DNA from: Lama guanicoe
Taxonomy: Eukaryota
DNA length: 64,000 nt
Assembly: GCA_013239625.1 (NCBI GenBank)
Contig: MU054220.1
Span: 7,909,367-7,973,366 of the forward strand
Reading direction: 5' to 3'
This document shows, piece after piece, positions 1 through 11,774 of the stretch. The first letter of the stretch is position 1. Each line of letters starts with the position of its first letter. The notes under the pieces are model-generated. The model was not told where the DNA came from. It saw only the letters and a program-made list of their open reading frames with translations, and made no database searches. The translations under genes and the position numbers were made by a program.

Positions 1-7
1 ATGCCTA

Positions 8-462
8 TATATTAGTTTCCTGAGGCTGACATAACAAAACGTATGACAAACTGGGTGGCTTAAATAACAGAGATGTATTGTCTTACAGCTCTGGAGGCCA
101 GAGGCTGGCAGAGCAGTGCATCAGCAGGGTCGGCTACTTCTGAGGGCTGTAAAGGAAAACATGTCCCATCCCTCTCTCACAGCTTGAGGTGGTTTGCTGG
201 CAATTTTTGGCTTTCTTTGGCTTGTAGATCTCAGCCTTCATCTTTAAATAGCGCTCTCCTTGTGCATGTGTTTATCTCCAAATTTCCCTCTTTTATAAAG
301 ACACCTGTCATGTTGGCTTAGGGGACCCTGGCTACTCCAGCATGATCTCACCCTAAGTGATTATATCTGCAAGAACTCAGCTTCCAAAAAACATCACATT
401 GTGAGGTACTGCGGGTCAGGACTTCTACATGGGAATTTTGGAAAAACACAATTCAACTTGTA
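8..462 (-). mobile_element. MaLR LTR (MLT1C/D-like)
   Basis: Starts tatattagtttcctgaggctg...acaaactgggtggcttaaataacaga...cttacagctctggaggccaga and ends ...acacaattcaac, typical of the reverse complement of an MLT1 LTR. Confidence 0.8.
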
Positions 463-619
463 ATGAAATAAAAGTTTTCTACCTGGTTTTAGACCTCTTG
501 CTTTTGAAGCTCCAGGGTGGGCAGACCTCAACAAGATAAAGAAAGACACAAATATCAGTTATAGAAGCTAGTATATATAGGAGCTATCCGTGGGAAGTGA
601 GAGCTGATAATAGCACTTT

Positions 620-979
620 TAAAACTTTAATTTTTAGAGAAATTTTAAGTTCAAAAAAATTAAGAGGAAGGTGCAGAGATTTCCTACATACCCTTGCCCC
701 ACACACATGCATAATCTTCCCCAGTATAAACATCTCCCATCATAGGTACATTTTTTTACAACTGAGAAACTTACACTGACACATTATACTCATCCAAAGT
801 CCACAGTTCACTTCACAGTTCACTCTTGATGCTGTGCATTCTCTGGGTTTGGACAATGTATAAAGGCATGCATCCACTATTATAACATGATACAGAGTAT
901 TTTCACTGCCCTAAAACCCCTCTGCTAGTCATCCTTCTCAGGCTTCATCAGTTAACAATTACTGATGGTAAAAACAATG
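620..979 (-). mobile_element. L1 3' UTR fragment (L1MC/L1MD-like), truncated at the duplication junction
   Basis: tttgg acaatgtata...catgcatccactattataacatgatacagagtattttcactgccctaaaa. In copy B the same element continues past 3258. Confidence 0.75.
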
Positions 980-1370
980 ATCTCGACAGCTGTTCATAAC
1001 GATGTAAACGCACAGTGTTTCCTAGGAGCACTTTCACACACACATACACACACATGTATGTACGTAACATCACATCCCTTGGGATAAACTATAAAAAGCC
1101 CTGTCAAAATATAACCTTATCGTAATACCTCCACTTCAGCAGCACAGCGGGCACCCCCTCATTGTGAAAGCAGCAGCACTGCTCTCAAATGAACATTTTT
1201 TAAACGTGTACAAAGTTTTCTTTGGGTGTGCGTTTGAGAGAGGAAGAGAGAAAGAGAGATGGAGGGGAGGGGAGAGCAAACCTTAAGGATCAATGATTAC
1301 ATGGTTGGCGGTCAAAGTCATGGCGGGCTGTTACTGAACTTCTAAGTGGGGAGGTATCTCTTACTAGCAT

Positions 1371-2286
1371 TTCATGAATCAGCTGAGCTCGATCTTCTGG
1401 ATGACTTGCTGCAGCTTTTGCATCAGCACTGGCTGCTTCAACTTGCACTGTTATGTGACGGGGGATGGCTTCTCTCCTTAAACCTCATGAACCAACCTCT
1501 GCTGGCTTCCAACTTCTTCTGCAGCTTCCTCACCTCTCTCAGCCTTCCCAGCACTGAAGGGAGTTAGAGCCTTGCCCTGGATTAGGTTTTGGCTTCAGAG
1601 AATGCCGTGGCTTGTTTGATCTTCTGTCCGGATCACTGAAACCTCCTCCGTGTAAGCAATAAGGTTATTCCCCTTTCTCATCCTATCTGTGTTCCCTGGA
1701 GCAGCACCTTCCAATTTCCTTCAAGAACTTGTCCTTGGCTTGAACAACTTGGCCAACTGTTTGGCACAAGAGGTCTAGGTTTGGGGTTATTTCAGCTTTC
1801 AACACACTTTATCATTTCTAGCTTTTGGTATAACCCGAGAGACTTTGGACTCCTTTCAGTTGAACACTTACAGGGGATTGTAGAGGTTTTAATTGGCTTA
1901 ATTTCAATATTGTTGTGTCTCAGGGAATAGAGAAATCCAAGGAGAGGGTGAGAGATAGGAGGACAGCCGGTCAGTGGAGCAGTCAGAACACAGACCATAT
2001 TCATCGATTAAGTTCACCTCTTACACAGGTGTGGTCTGTGGTGTCCCCAAATAATTACAATAGTATCATCAAAGATTACTGCCCCCAGATCACCATAAAC
2101 ACACAGTAATACTGAAATTTTTGAAATATTGTGGGAATTACCAAAACGTGACACAGATATATGAAGTGAATAAATGCTGTTGGAAAAAATAACTTCGGTA
2201 GTCTTGTTTGACTCGAGGTTGCCCCAAACCTTCAATTTGTGAAAAAATACAACATCTGTGAAGTGCAATAAAATGAGCCATGCCTA
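1371..2286 (-). mobile_element. Tigger1 DNA transposon, 5' ~0.9 kb including the TIR and the degenerate transposase start
   Basis: Minus strand begins TA|taggcatggctcattttattgcact (Tigger1 TIR CAGGCATACCTCGTTTTATTGCG...). ORF 1792-2004 contains KCSTERSPKSLGLYQKLEMIK, similar to the transposase N-terminus KCSSERKSRTSLTLNQKLEMIK. Confidence 0.93.
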
Positions 2287-3258
2287 TATATTAGTTTCCT
2301 GAGGCTGACATAACAAAATGTATGACAAACTGGGTGGCTTAAATAACAGAGATGTATTGTCTTACAGCTCTGGAGGCCAGAGGCTGGCAGAGCAGTGCAT
2401 CAGCAGGGTCGGCTACTTCTGAGGGCTGTAAAGGAAAACATGTCCCATCCCTCTCTCACAGCTTGAGGTGGTTTGCTGGCAATTTTTGGCTTTCTTTGGC
2501 TTGTAGATCTCAGCCTTCATCTTTAAATAGCGCTCTCCTTGTGCATGTGTTTATCTCCAAATTTCCCTCTTTTATAAAGACACCTGTCATGTTGGCTTAG
2601 GGGACCCCGGCTACTCCAGCATGATCTCACCCTAAATGATTATATCTGCAAGAACTCAGCTTCCAAAAAACATCACATTGTGAGGTACTGCGGGTCAGGA
2701 CTTCTACATGGGAATTTTGGAAAAACACAATTCAACTTGTAATGAAATGAAAGTTTTCTACCTGGTTTTAGACCTCTTGCTTTTGAAGCTCCAGGGTGGG
2801 CAGACCTCAACAAGATAAAGAAAGACACAAATATCAGTTATAGAAGCTAGTATATATAGGAGCTATCCGTGGGAAGTGAGAGCTGATAATAGCACTTTTA
2901 AAACTTTAATTTTTAGAGAAATTTTAAGTTCAAAAAAATTAAGAGGAAGGTGCAGAGATTTCCTACATACCCTTGCCCCACACACATGCATAATCTTCCC
3001 CAGTATAAACATCTCCCATCATAGGTACATTTTTTTACAACTGAGAAACTTACACTGACACATTATACTCATCCAAAGTCCACAGTTCACTTCACAGTTC
3101 ACTCTTGATGTTGTGCATTCTCTGGGTTTGGACAATGTATAAAGGCATGCATCCATTATTATAACATGATACAGAGTATTTTCACTGCCCTAAAACCCCT
3201 CTGCTAGTCATCCTTCTCAGGCTTCATCAGTTAACAATTACTGATGGTAAAAACAATG
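2280..3258 (+). repeat. Recent duplication, copy B
   Basis: About 99.4% identical to 1-979. Identity ends after ...ggtaaaaacaatg. Confidence 0.97.
2287..2741 (-). mobile_element. MaLR LTR (MLT1C/D-like), duplicate copy
   Basis: Same sequence as 8-462. Confidence 0.8.
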
Positions 3259-4310
3259 TTTCCATTTTTTGTCTTTTTCAGAATGTCATACAGTTGGAAT
3301 CACACAGTATGTAGGCTTGTCAGATTTGACTATCTCACTTGGTAATCAGCATTTAAGATTCCTTCATGGCTTTTTTTTTAATGTCTTGATAGCTCATTTA
3401 TTCTTAGTGCCAAATAACAGTCCCTTGTCTGCATATGCCATCCTTTACTCATGCACCTACTGAAGAACATGTTGGTTGCTTCCAACTTTTGGCAATTCTG
3501 CACAGAGCTGCTGTAAACATCCATGTGCTGTCTGGAGTTTTGTGGGAACCCCTAATACCTCCCATTGGCTTATACTCATTTCATTTCATTTCTTCTCTCT
3601 CTGAGTCGTGTTTAAATGCTCCCATCCTCATCAGCATTTGGTGTTGTCAGTGCTCCAGATTTCGGCCATTCTGATAACTATGTGATGGTATTTTTAATCA
3701 TGAATGGGTGTTGGATTTTGTCAAGATTATACTGTACAGCACAGGGAAATATATACAAGATCTTACGGTAGCTCAAAGAGAAAGGAATGTGACAATGAAT
3801 ATTTATGTACGTTCATGTATAACTGAAAAAATTGTGCTCTACACTGGAATTTGACACACCATTGTAAAATGATTATAAATCAATAAAAATGTTTAAAAAA
3901 GCACCATTTTTGGTGTCTATTTATATGATAATATATTTTTTCTTTTTTAGTCTTTTGTTATGTTACACTAATTGATTTTAAAATGTTGATCAGCCTTGAA
4001 TCTGTAATAAATCACACTTGGTTATGGTGTATAATTATTATTATACAGTGTTGAATTGAACGTATTAATATTTTGTTCAGGATTTTTGCAACTATATTTA
4101 TTTGCATCTATATTGGTCTATAGCAATTTTCTTGAAATGTCTCATCTTATTTTGGCATTAGGGCGATGTTAGCGTCATAGACTGAATATTTCTTCTGCTT
4201 CTAGCCTCTGCAAGGGATTACGGAGAATTGGTATAATTTCATCCTTAAGTTGAATTAACCAGTGAACCAACTTAAGACTGGTGCTTACAGTTTTGGAAGG
4301 TTTATTCAGG
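2900..4310 (-). mobile_element. Old L1 (L1MC/MD-like) 3' UTR plus ORF2 fragments, interrupted by a younger L1 tail
   Basis: cagaatgtcatacagttggaatcacacagtatgtag..., atgaatgggtgttggattttgtcaa, and ttttgttcaggatttttgca are antisense L1 motifs. Confidence 0.8.
3723..3900 (+). mobile_element. Young camelid-type L1 3' end (5'-truncated)
   Basis: aagattatactgtacagcacagggaaatatatacaagatctt...ttgtgctctacactggaatttgacacaccattgtaaaatgattataaatcaataaaaa followed by an A-rich tail. No clear TSD seen. Confidence 0.8.
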
Positions 4311-4344
4311 TTGTCTTACTTTAATGCTATCATTCCTGATCTTA

Positions 4345-4350
<6 letters not shown>

Positions 4351-4378
<28 letters not shown>
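4351..4378. repeat. (TG)n microsatellite
   Basis: About 14 TG units. Confidence 0.95.
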
Positions 4379-4382
<4 letters not shown>

Positions 4383-4900
4383 ATATCCCTTCTCTGGTCT
4401 GTATACGTGTGTGTACAGCTTTTAATAGTTTCTTTCTTTCTTCCCACTTACATGGCTTTGACTGTAGCACACCTTTTTTTCCTCCGTGTTAGGCCTTTTA
4501 TTTTCATTCTTCTGAGACCAGTCATCAGGTCACACATCTCAACATCTTTCCTCTGAAAACCTGTACCCTCATTTAGAGAAATTCCTCCCCAAAGGAGAAC
4601 TTCATTGTTTTTGTTCATTTGTTTTTGCTTTTTTGTAGTTTTAACTGTATTTGTGATAATATTTTTTGGATATCTCTGAAAAATTCCTTTACCACTAAGC
4701 TTCATGAAATAGGTCTCAAAGTTTCTTAATACTTAGTGTGTTTCAAAACTTTTAAGTTTATATAGCAAGCTTGAAAAAAAAACTGCATAAAGGATGATCA
4801 CATTGGTCATTTGGTAACTCTTCATCACTATGTCTTTTTGGAATTGAACTCTATTTCCATGACTTAAGGTCTCAGGAGTCAGTTTTCCTAAATTCTATAC

Positions 4901-4910
4901 ATATATATAG

Positions 4911-4941
<31 letters not shown>
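4901..4941. repeat. (TA)n microsatellite, interrupted
   Basis: atatatatagaattatatat...atat. Confidence 0.9.
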
Positions 4942-7289
4942 CAAATAAAGTTTGAACCCTTTTGTCCTAAGTTACCTCTTTCTCTGGCATGACCATTTTA
5001 TCTTAATATTAATATCTTAATATTCCATCCAACAAAGATTATCATAATAATACATGACCTAATTTGTAACAAAAAGTTACCATTAGATAAAATTTCATAT
5101 GAAGGATTTTCTCTCAGCAATCTTCAAACTCCTGTATCTGTGGTATTTTCTGTAATGCATAACCATACATTTCCTTGAGGTTGCTTATTGTAGAATCATA
5201 ATACATTTCCTTTTTCCATGTAAGTGAAAATCATACTGCTAGAGTCATTCTCAACATTGCTATATGATACCATATACCTCCATGAATTTCATTAACTTAA
5301 TTTCTGGAGGACTCAGTATATAATACTTCCCCCTAGGTAACAGACAAAGCCCTAAGAACCATAAGTAAATGATCAGAAGTAGATGGTGTGCCCAAAATTG
5401 CTCTCACTTACTTGGCACTTATAACTGTCCTCCTATGAAACATGAAATTAAATATCTTGAATTATTACTTTAAAAAATTTCAATCACTTTCTTATCATAG
5501 CTATTGTAAATATGAATAATGTTTCCTATGAATTAAAATATACTTTGGTCAGGTTTAATATCTCCTAGTCAACTTAGTATCTAACCACAGCCGCACAGCC
5601 AACAGCCTTGCTTCTTAGACCACTATTTGTGTTGTCATTCACATCTCTCACGGGCCCTAGGGGAGCTCAATGGTTGAGTTCTAGAACTTAAGCTTATTTA
5701 AAGGACACTTCTAGTGACAATCCTCCTTAGTCACTCTTATTTAGCCTCTTGAAATCTCTCTATAAATCCCCCTGGGCTCTAGTCTATGAACTTTTCAGAC
5801 TACATAATGGAAGGTGTATGTTTGCTTTGAGGATTCCTTTTTCCTACATATTTAGGCTTTGCTGGTCCCTTCTCCTCAAATAGAAACTAGCTATTTTGAT
5901 TGCATGTCAAGTTGTTATTAACAACTCTTCAATTCTATTCCATTTTATATCCCTTCTCTGGTCTGTGAAATTATTGTTTGTGACACCACTTATCTGGGAA
6001 GTTATTTTTACAGACAAAAAAAGTGAGCAATCTAAAGTACATTTTAGTTGTTTCATTTGTGGTAGAGAAATGGTGAGTAGTCATCTTAGAAATGTATGCC
6101 CCATCATATTCCTAGAAGTGTTCATGTCTGTTATTTGATTTATATATTTCAAACTTTTGGTATTAAAATATAAAGTACAAACATTTAGCTTATTAAGTTT
6201 TAACATTCATTTTGCAAAGCTGAATAGATTTTAGAGTTTGAAAAAAACTAACTTCTGATTAACTTTAAATCAAAATATTTTATTTCAATGACAATCAGTC
6301 ATCTAAACATTCAGTTCCTTTTTTCCAAATAACCTTTACTTTTTTCTTCTATAAAAACATTCTGTTCACTTCTTCTAGTCTTTTACTGAATTAAGTTTAA
6401 TTTCTAAGACCTTCAATATCATTTTCCATCACCCACTATAGCTCTAAACTTTGTAATACAGCTTTTTTCCCATTTTTGGTTTTCATAAATTATCTTATAG
6501 GAAACTTTGGAGTCTTGAGATGTGGTGGGTATTTCTGAGATGTAACTCCAAATATTCAGTTAATTTTAATTTATGAAAGTAGAAAATCATATTTTTGCTA
6601 TTTGATATACTATGTATGCTTCTTTTCCATGTCTTATCTACAGTAACAATGTACTAGAGTGAAAATCATAGAACTTAGACAGAAAATAAGAATTAAAAGA
6701 GGGAACAAAGACAAGCATGCCCAGAACAAGACATTAGGTGTATTAATTACTGTGTTATATGAAATAGTTTCCTAATAAAGCACTAGAATGCTCACTTCTT
6801 TTTAAAGAAACTTATCTAAATCCAAGTGATAAGAGGATTAGTCAGAAGCAAATGTGAAATAGTTTCTACTGGCAGGGATTCAGGCAATGGATGCCAATGC
6901 TTCTAACCTTGATTGTAATGAAAAATACAAATAATCATTTACACAAAAATTTTAACAGAAGGAGTAGCATATTGTATGCATCCAATCCTTATGGCATAAG
7001 CTATGATTATCTGCCAAAATCATAAGCTTTGAAAATCCAGTCTTTAGATAACAAATATTATTGGTGAATTTCCTATAATATGTTTATGGCCAAGTCCTTA
7101 ATATAAAATCACATATTATGCCCATAAAATAAAAAGACGTTCCTGAGAGTAAACATAAGAATAAATGCTGATTAGAAACATTACATAAGTATTAAGAATT
7201 TTAGATTAAAAAAAATTAAATTTAGTCATACCTGTATAATGTCTGGAAAGCACAGGAAATAAATAAATAAACAAATACATATATATCAT

Positions 7290-8070
7290 AGTTCCACATT
7301 CTACAGATAACCAATGTTAACATTTTGATACAATTCTAGAGATTTTTATTCCAGCACACTCTATAGAAAATTCTAAGTCCTATTTTACTTTACTTTTCAA
7401 AGCATTAAAGTGCATTTATTCCTTAAAAAGTAATGATTTGGGGAAAAACTACGTTGGGATAAAGTATGCTTCTGTATCATAATTTACTTAACTATTCTTC
7501 TGGAGTTAAATACTTACGGAATTTTCTTCTTTCATTAATTGTAAGTTACTTTGCAAAGCACAACTTGGATATGAAAATTTTTTCTAGTTTTAGATTATTT
7601 TATTAGATTAGTGTTTATGTAATGGTGTTAAAATCTCAAATTTGTAAGGTGCTGCCAAAGTGTTTTTCTAAGTATTTTTGCCTCCCACAGCGATACGAGA
7701 TTTATAACACTAACATTGAATATTTTATATTTTAAATCTTTGACGATTTATAAGCAAGAAATTGCATATGATTGTTTTATTTTAGGATGCTTTATTTTAG
7801 GATTTTTATATTCCATTTTTTCTCTTTTTTTGGTCATTGCTTTTTTGACATATGTGAGTTTCAAACTTTTTCTTACAATTTCCTTCATTGCTTTTAAATT
7901 TAGGCTAGTTTCCTCTAGAGGTTTTATAATTACTGAAATATTCCTACATTTCAAAGATTTTACTTCTGTTGTCAGTCTCTTTATATAGAATTGATTTGTG
8001 ATATACATAATGTTTTATTGAATAACTGTCTTCCTCACATATGTGAAATACTTCTATTATATACTACATT
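7290..8070 (-). mobile_element. Highly diverged L1 (L1ME-like)
   Basis: gataaccaatgttaacattttg, cctcccacagc, tttttttggtcattg and T-rich composition. Confidence 0.55.
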
Positions 8071-8384
8071 AAATTATTTTGTGTGATGTGACTTGTGTAA
8101 GCAAATACCTAAATAAGATCATTTTAGCTAAAATAAAGTGTTATGAAGAAAATACACTCGGTGAGACCAAGGTAGGGAGGGTGGGCCACCTGGACTACTC
8201 CAGGTAATGGTCAGGTATGGACGAGGTGACTTTGAGCCTAATCGTTAGAAAAGCCAGGCAAGCCAAGCCCCAAGCCAAGGAGAGCACTCACTAAAAGGCA
8301 CAACTGCAAACTGCATTTTCATCGCAGATGCACACTCAAATTCTAGTCCAGAGATTTACTAGCGGGAGATTTTTATAATAAGTG

Positions 8385-8570
8385 ATTACAAGCTTGGTCC
8401 CTGGAATCAGGTGGTCATGGATTTAATTCTCTACCTCTCTTATCTTTAGTTTCCTTACCTCCAAAATGGGGATACTTACTGAATCATTATATGAATTAGA
8501 TACAGAATGTAGGAAATGTCTAACGAAGAGTTTGTTTTCATTCAGTGACTACGATTATTGTTGTTTTCAT
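8385..8570 (+). mobile_element. MIR SINE
   Basis: ctggaatcag...ctttagtttccttacctccaaaatggggatac (MIR core). Confidence 0.65.
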
Positions 8571-9878
8571 TATTGTTAAGTAGAGACAACTGATACAATT
8601 GATTTTTAGTTGGGATTTATAGTTAAACGATACGGATCGACATCCACATTCTACCTCACAATGCCTGTAAAGCCAGCGTATTTTGTTGAGCTCGCTTTAT
8701 TTCATTTGTAAGACAGATAAAATAGGTTCCATCTCATTTTCCTTTATGCTTGGAGCCCTGCTTGATACCCAATTTCTTCCTACACTATGACCCAGACTTT
8801 CTCTAGTGAGCCTATTAATTTATAAATACCTCATTGAGTTCCTATGTTTTGCCATATCTCCAACATCAAAAATGTCTGCTTACCATCCTCAACTCTTATC
8901 TACACCATACCGCTAAAATATTCCCTTCCTTCTTCACTCTGACAGCGTCTTATCCATGACTATGATTTCTGCCTGCTGGTGAGTTCAGGCTATTCCATTT
9001 TGCCAGAAACCTGTCTTATTTCCAGGCTTTGGCTAGTTCTAGACTTGTCCATTTGTCCACCAACCTACCATAAGCTGCCATATTAGTCCATTAAAGACTA
9101 AGTATAATGAGTGAATATTTGATCCATTGCTACTACTAAGCACATGAGATTAAAATAGGTGTTTTGTTGTAGATCTAGAAGTTATACACAGTATGAGTTG
9201 AGTATCACTGTTTTTTTTTAAAGTATGTACTTTTTGAAAAATATATTTTTAAAATTTACAAACTACAATGAAATTATCAGGGAAGGCCTAACTAAATAAA
9301 CATTAGCTGAAATAGGTCCTATTTGTAAGATTACTTTATAAAATTAGATGTCTGCAATTGTTATTCCAATTCTGTCTTACAGGAAAGGCTGAAGAAAATA
9401 AAGATGGATTTTCAGAACAGTATTCATTAATTATCTGTGACAATTTAATAAATAATAACAGAATGTGACGGTAAAAAGTCACATACTGATTGCTGAAAAG
9501 AATTTTATTCCAGTAAGTATGAAGCAGAATATGATATAAGCTTATCAACTGAGATATCACCCAGAGAGTAAATGAGACTAATTCCCACAGCTGGCTTCGT
9601 TTTCAACTGACAATGCAGTAATCAACAAGGGACAGAGGGGAGAAACCTGTGACACTGGAATACTAAATCATTTCAACAAATTATGAAAACAACATTTGAC
9701 TGACAGCTATTTTTAAATTTAACATCACCTTACCTTTTATCCCAAGGGAAATCAACCACATTGGTATGAAAATTTCTTTGGGTTTAATTCTCAGCTTATA
9801 CTTTAGGGTAAATGTCTATCGAAAAGTATTATTTCCCAGAAGTTAAATCTGGATGGAGCTTGATAAAATTCTAACCAA

Positions 9879-9990
9879 TGAGAGAGAGACACACAGAGAG
9901 AGAGACAGTGAGTAGGAGGAGGAGGTGGAGGAGACGGGGAGAAAGTAGGAGTGAAATGGAAGACAGAGGAGGAGGATAAATGGGAGAGAC
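9879..9990. repeat. Purine-rich (GA/GGA) low-complexity tract
   Basis: gagagagagacacacagagagagagac...gaggaggaggtggaggag. Confidence 0.85.
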
Positions 9991-10002
9991 CTTTAGAATG
10001 TC

Positions 10003-10220
10003 CTTTTTATTGAAGTATAGTTGATTTACAATGTTGTGTTAGTTTCTGGTGTACAACATAATGATTCAGTTATACACATATATTCTTTTTCATTATAAAG
10101 GTTATTACAAGTTACTGAATACAGTTTCTTGTGCTATATAGTAGGACCTTGTTGTTTATCTCTTCTGTATATGGTAGGTTGCATCTGCTAATCCCAAACT
10201 CTCAATTTATCCCTCCCCTC
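10003..10220 (-). mobile_element. Artiodactyl-type L1 3' end with TSD
   Basis: tttttattgaagtatagttgatttacaatgttgtgttagtttctggtgtaca...ctaatcccaaactctcaatttatccctcccc. TSD tagaatgtc at 9994-10002 and 10221-10229. Confidence 0.9.
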
Positions 10221-11774
10221 TAGAATGTCTTTTGACTTTGCCAAATTTCTCTTCTCTTCCATCAGTTAGCCATCAGTGATTTCTAACTGCTCAATGAAGG
10301 TCAGCTTTTTCCCAATTTCAAAGGCATGATGCCCAACTTTCTCGACACCCACAATACAGTCGTGACTTCTCAAGGATCCTTACTTGAGCCTAGTTCCCAC
10401 ACAGACGGTAAACTGGGTCTTTTGACATTTCTTGGCTATTAGATTTATTATGTCAGAGGCTTCATTCACTTCCCATTTGGTTACATTTGCATCATAGTTT
10501 ATCTTAGTTCCCCTACACTGCAGTTATGTTCCAAACAGAGGTTCTGGTCACAAACCGTGAACACTGATGCTTTTCCTAGTAGATGAAAAAAATTATTTCC
10601 TTATATTCTTGAAGTATTAGATATCTTTAGTCCTAGAGGGGACAGAGTTTATTAGAATGGTTCTAATTTTTTTCTTGAAAATGTAAAAATCAAGCCTCTT
10701 CTCAGGTTAATAGAATGCTATTTGGATCAGTCAATTCTGCAGGAAACTCGGTTCTTTAAGGAAAGAAAGAGAGAGAGAGAAATAGAAAAATGGGTCAAAG
10801 GGAAAATGGAACAAAAGGGAACAGGCTTCAGTTAAATACTGTTTCTATGTAGTTTTAGAAAGGAGATGTCATATGAATAGCTAATAAAAACATTTAAAAA
10901 AACTCCAAACACCACTGAAGTTAGAACTACAAGAGAAACCTTTGTCCAAGACTCTCCAGTGTATCTGAGGCTGGACCCAAGGCCATTTTAAGGGTATATG
11001 GTTCTACTGCCAACTGCCACTCTGAAGCCTCAAGTTAAAATGCCCATGACTGAGTTTCCACTAACAGAAATCCACAGCTGAGCAATTTACCAGGAGATAT
11101 ACAGATTATCCTGGAAGGCAGAAAAGACTGAAAAACATTAGTAAAACACTAGCTGGCAGATAAGACAGAGGGACACAAAAAGGAAAAGACAGGTGATGGA
11201 GACAGATGGAGAGGCCAGGATGGAAAAATGGTATTAATATAAATACATCAGGGGCACAGATTCGCTAATTTATGAGCAGGTCCTGCAAGTTAGGTATGGA
11301 AGGCGTTAAAATTATTACAATGCAATAAAGATTATATTGCCAAGTAACTGACAGTGAAAAGGGAAGCAGGCAGATATTAGCAAATATATGAAATGTAGAT
11401 AAAAGCTGAATGGAGGAAAATTGGATAAAAAAAGAAATAGAATGATGCATAAGCTTTATGTTTCCTTACTAGAGGAGCCATATCTAAAACAGGATAAATA
11501 AAACCTGATGCATGGAGATTGTCCTCTACGTAACCGCATTTAGATAGATAGTCCCATCCCATTTAGATAGGCCTGCATATTTTCCATTACTTAGAAAGGA
11601 ACTGAGATCAAATCAGTTTTCAACCTATAAAGGAACAATTCTGTTCTGCTTAAACCTTACCTGAATTTTTAAGCAGTGTGCTCCTCTCATTATGAAAATC
11701 TATTTATGAACCCATACATTTCAGGGTGGTACAAAAGACATCACCGTACGTGTCCACAAGAAACTGACCATTCA

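Larger units (their letters stand above)
1..979 (+). repeat. Recent duplication, copy A (partial; probably continues upstream of the window)
   Basis: 1-979 aligns without gaps to 2280-3258 (offset 2279). I found 6 differences: 40/2319, 329/2608, 357/2636, 470/2749, 832/3111, 877/3156. Identical ORF pairs occur at 73/2352 and 597/2876. Confidence 0.97.

Noticed and set aside
1145..1165. CTCF-like motif (minus strand caatgagggggtgccc)
   Set aside because: Several mismatches to the core consensus; not supportable without ChIP data.
1792..2004. Transposase-like ORF as a domesticated TIGD gene
   Set aside because: Frameshifted, truncated Tigger1 fossil lacking the catalytic domain.
73..3058. Identical ORF pairs (82 aa and 60 aa) suggesting duplicated genes
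   Set aside because: They lie within an MLT1 LTR and an antisense L1, and are identical only because of the DNA duplication.
9383..9512. Plus-strand exon candidate (ttacag|GAAAGG...CCA|gtaagt)
   Set aside because: Stops in the frames examined, no recognisable peptide, and such site pairs are common by chance.
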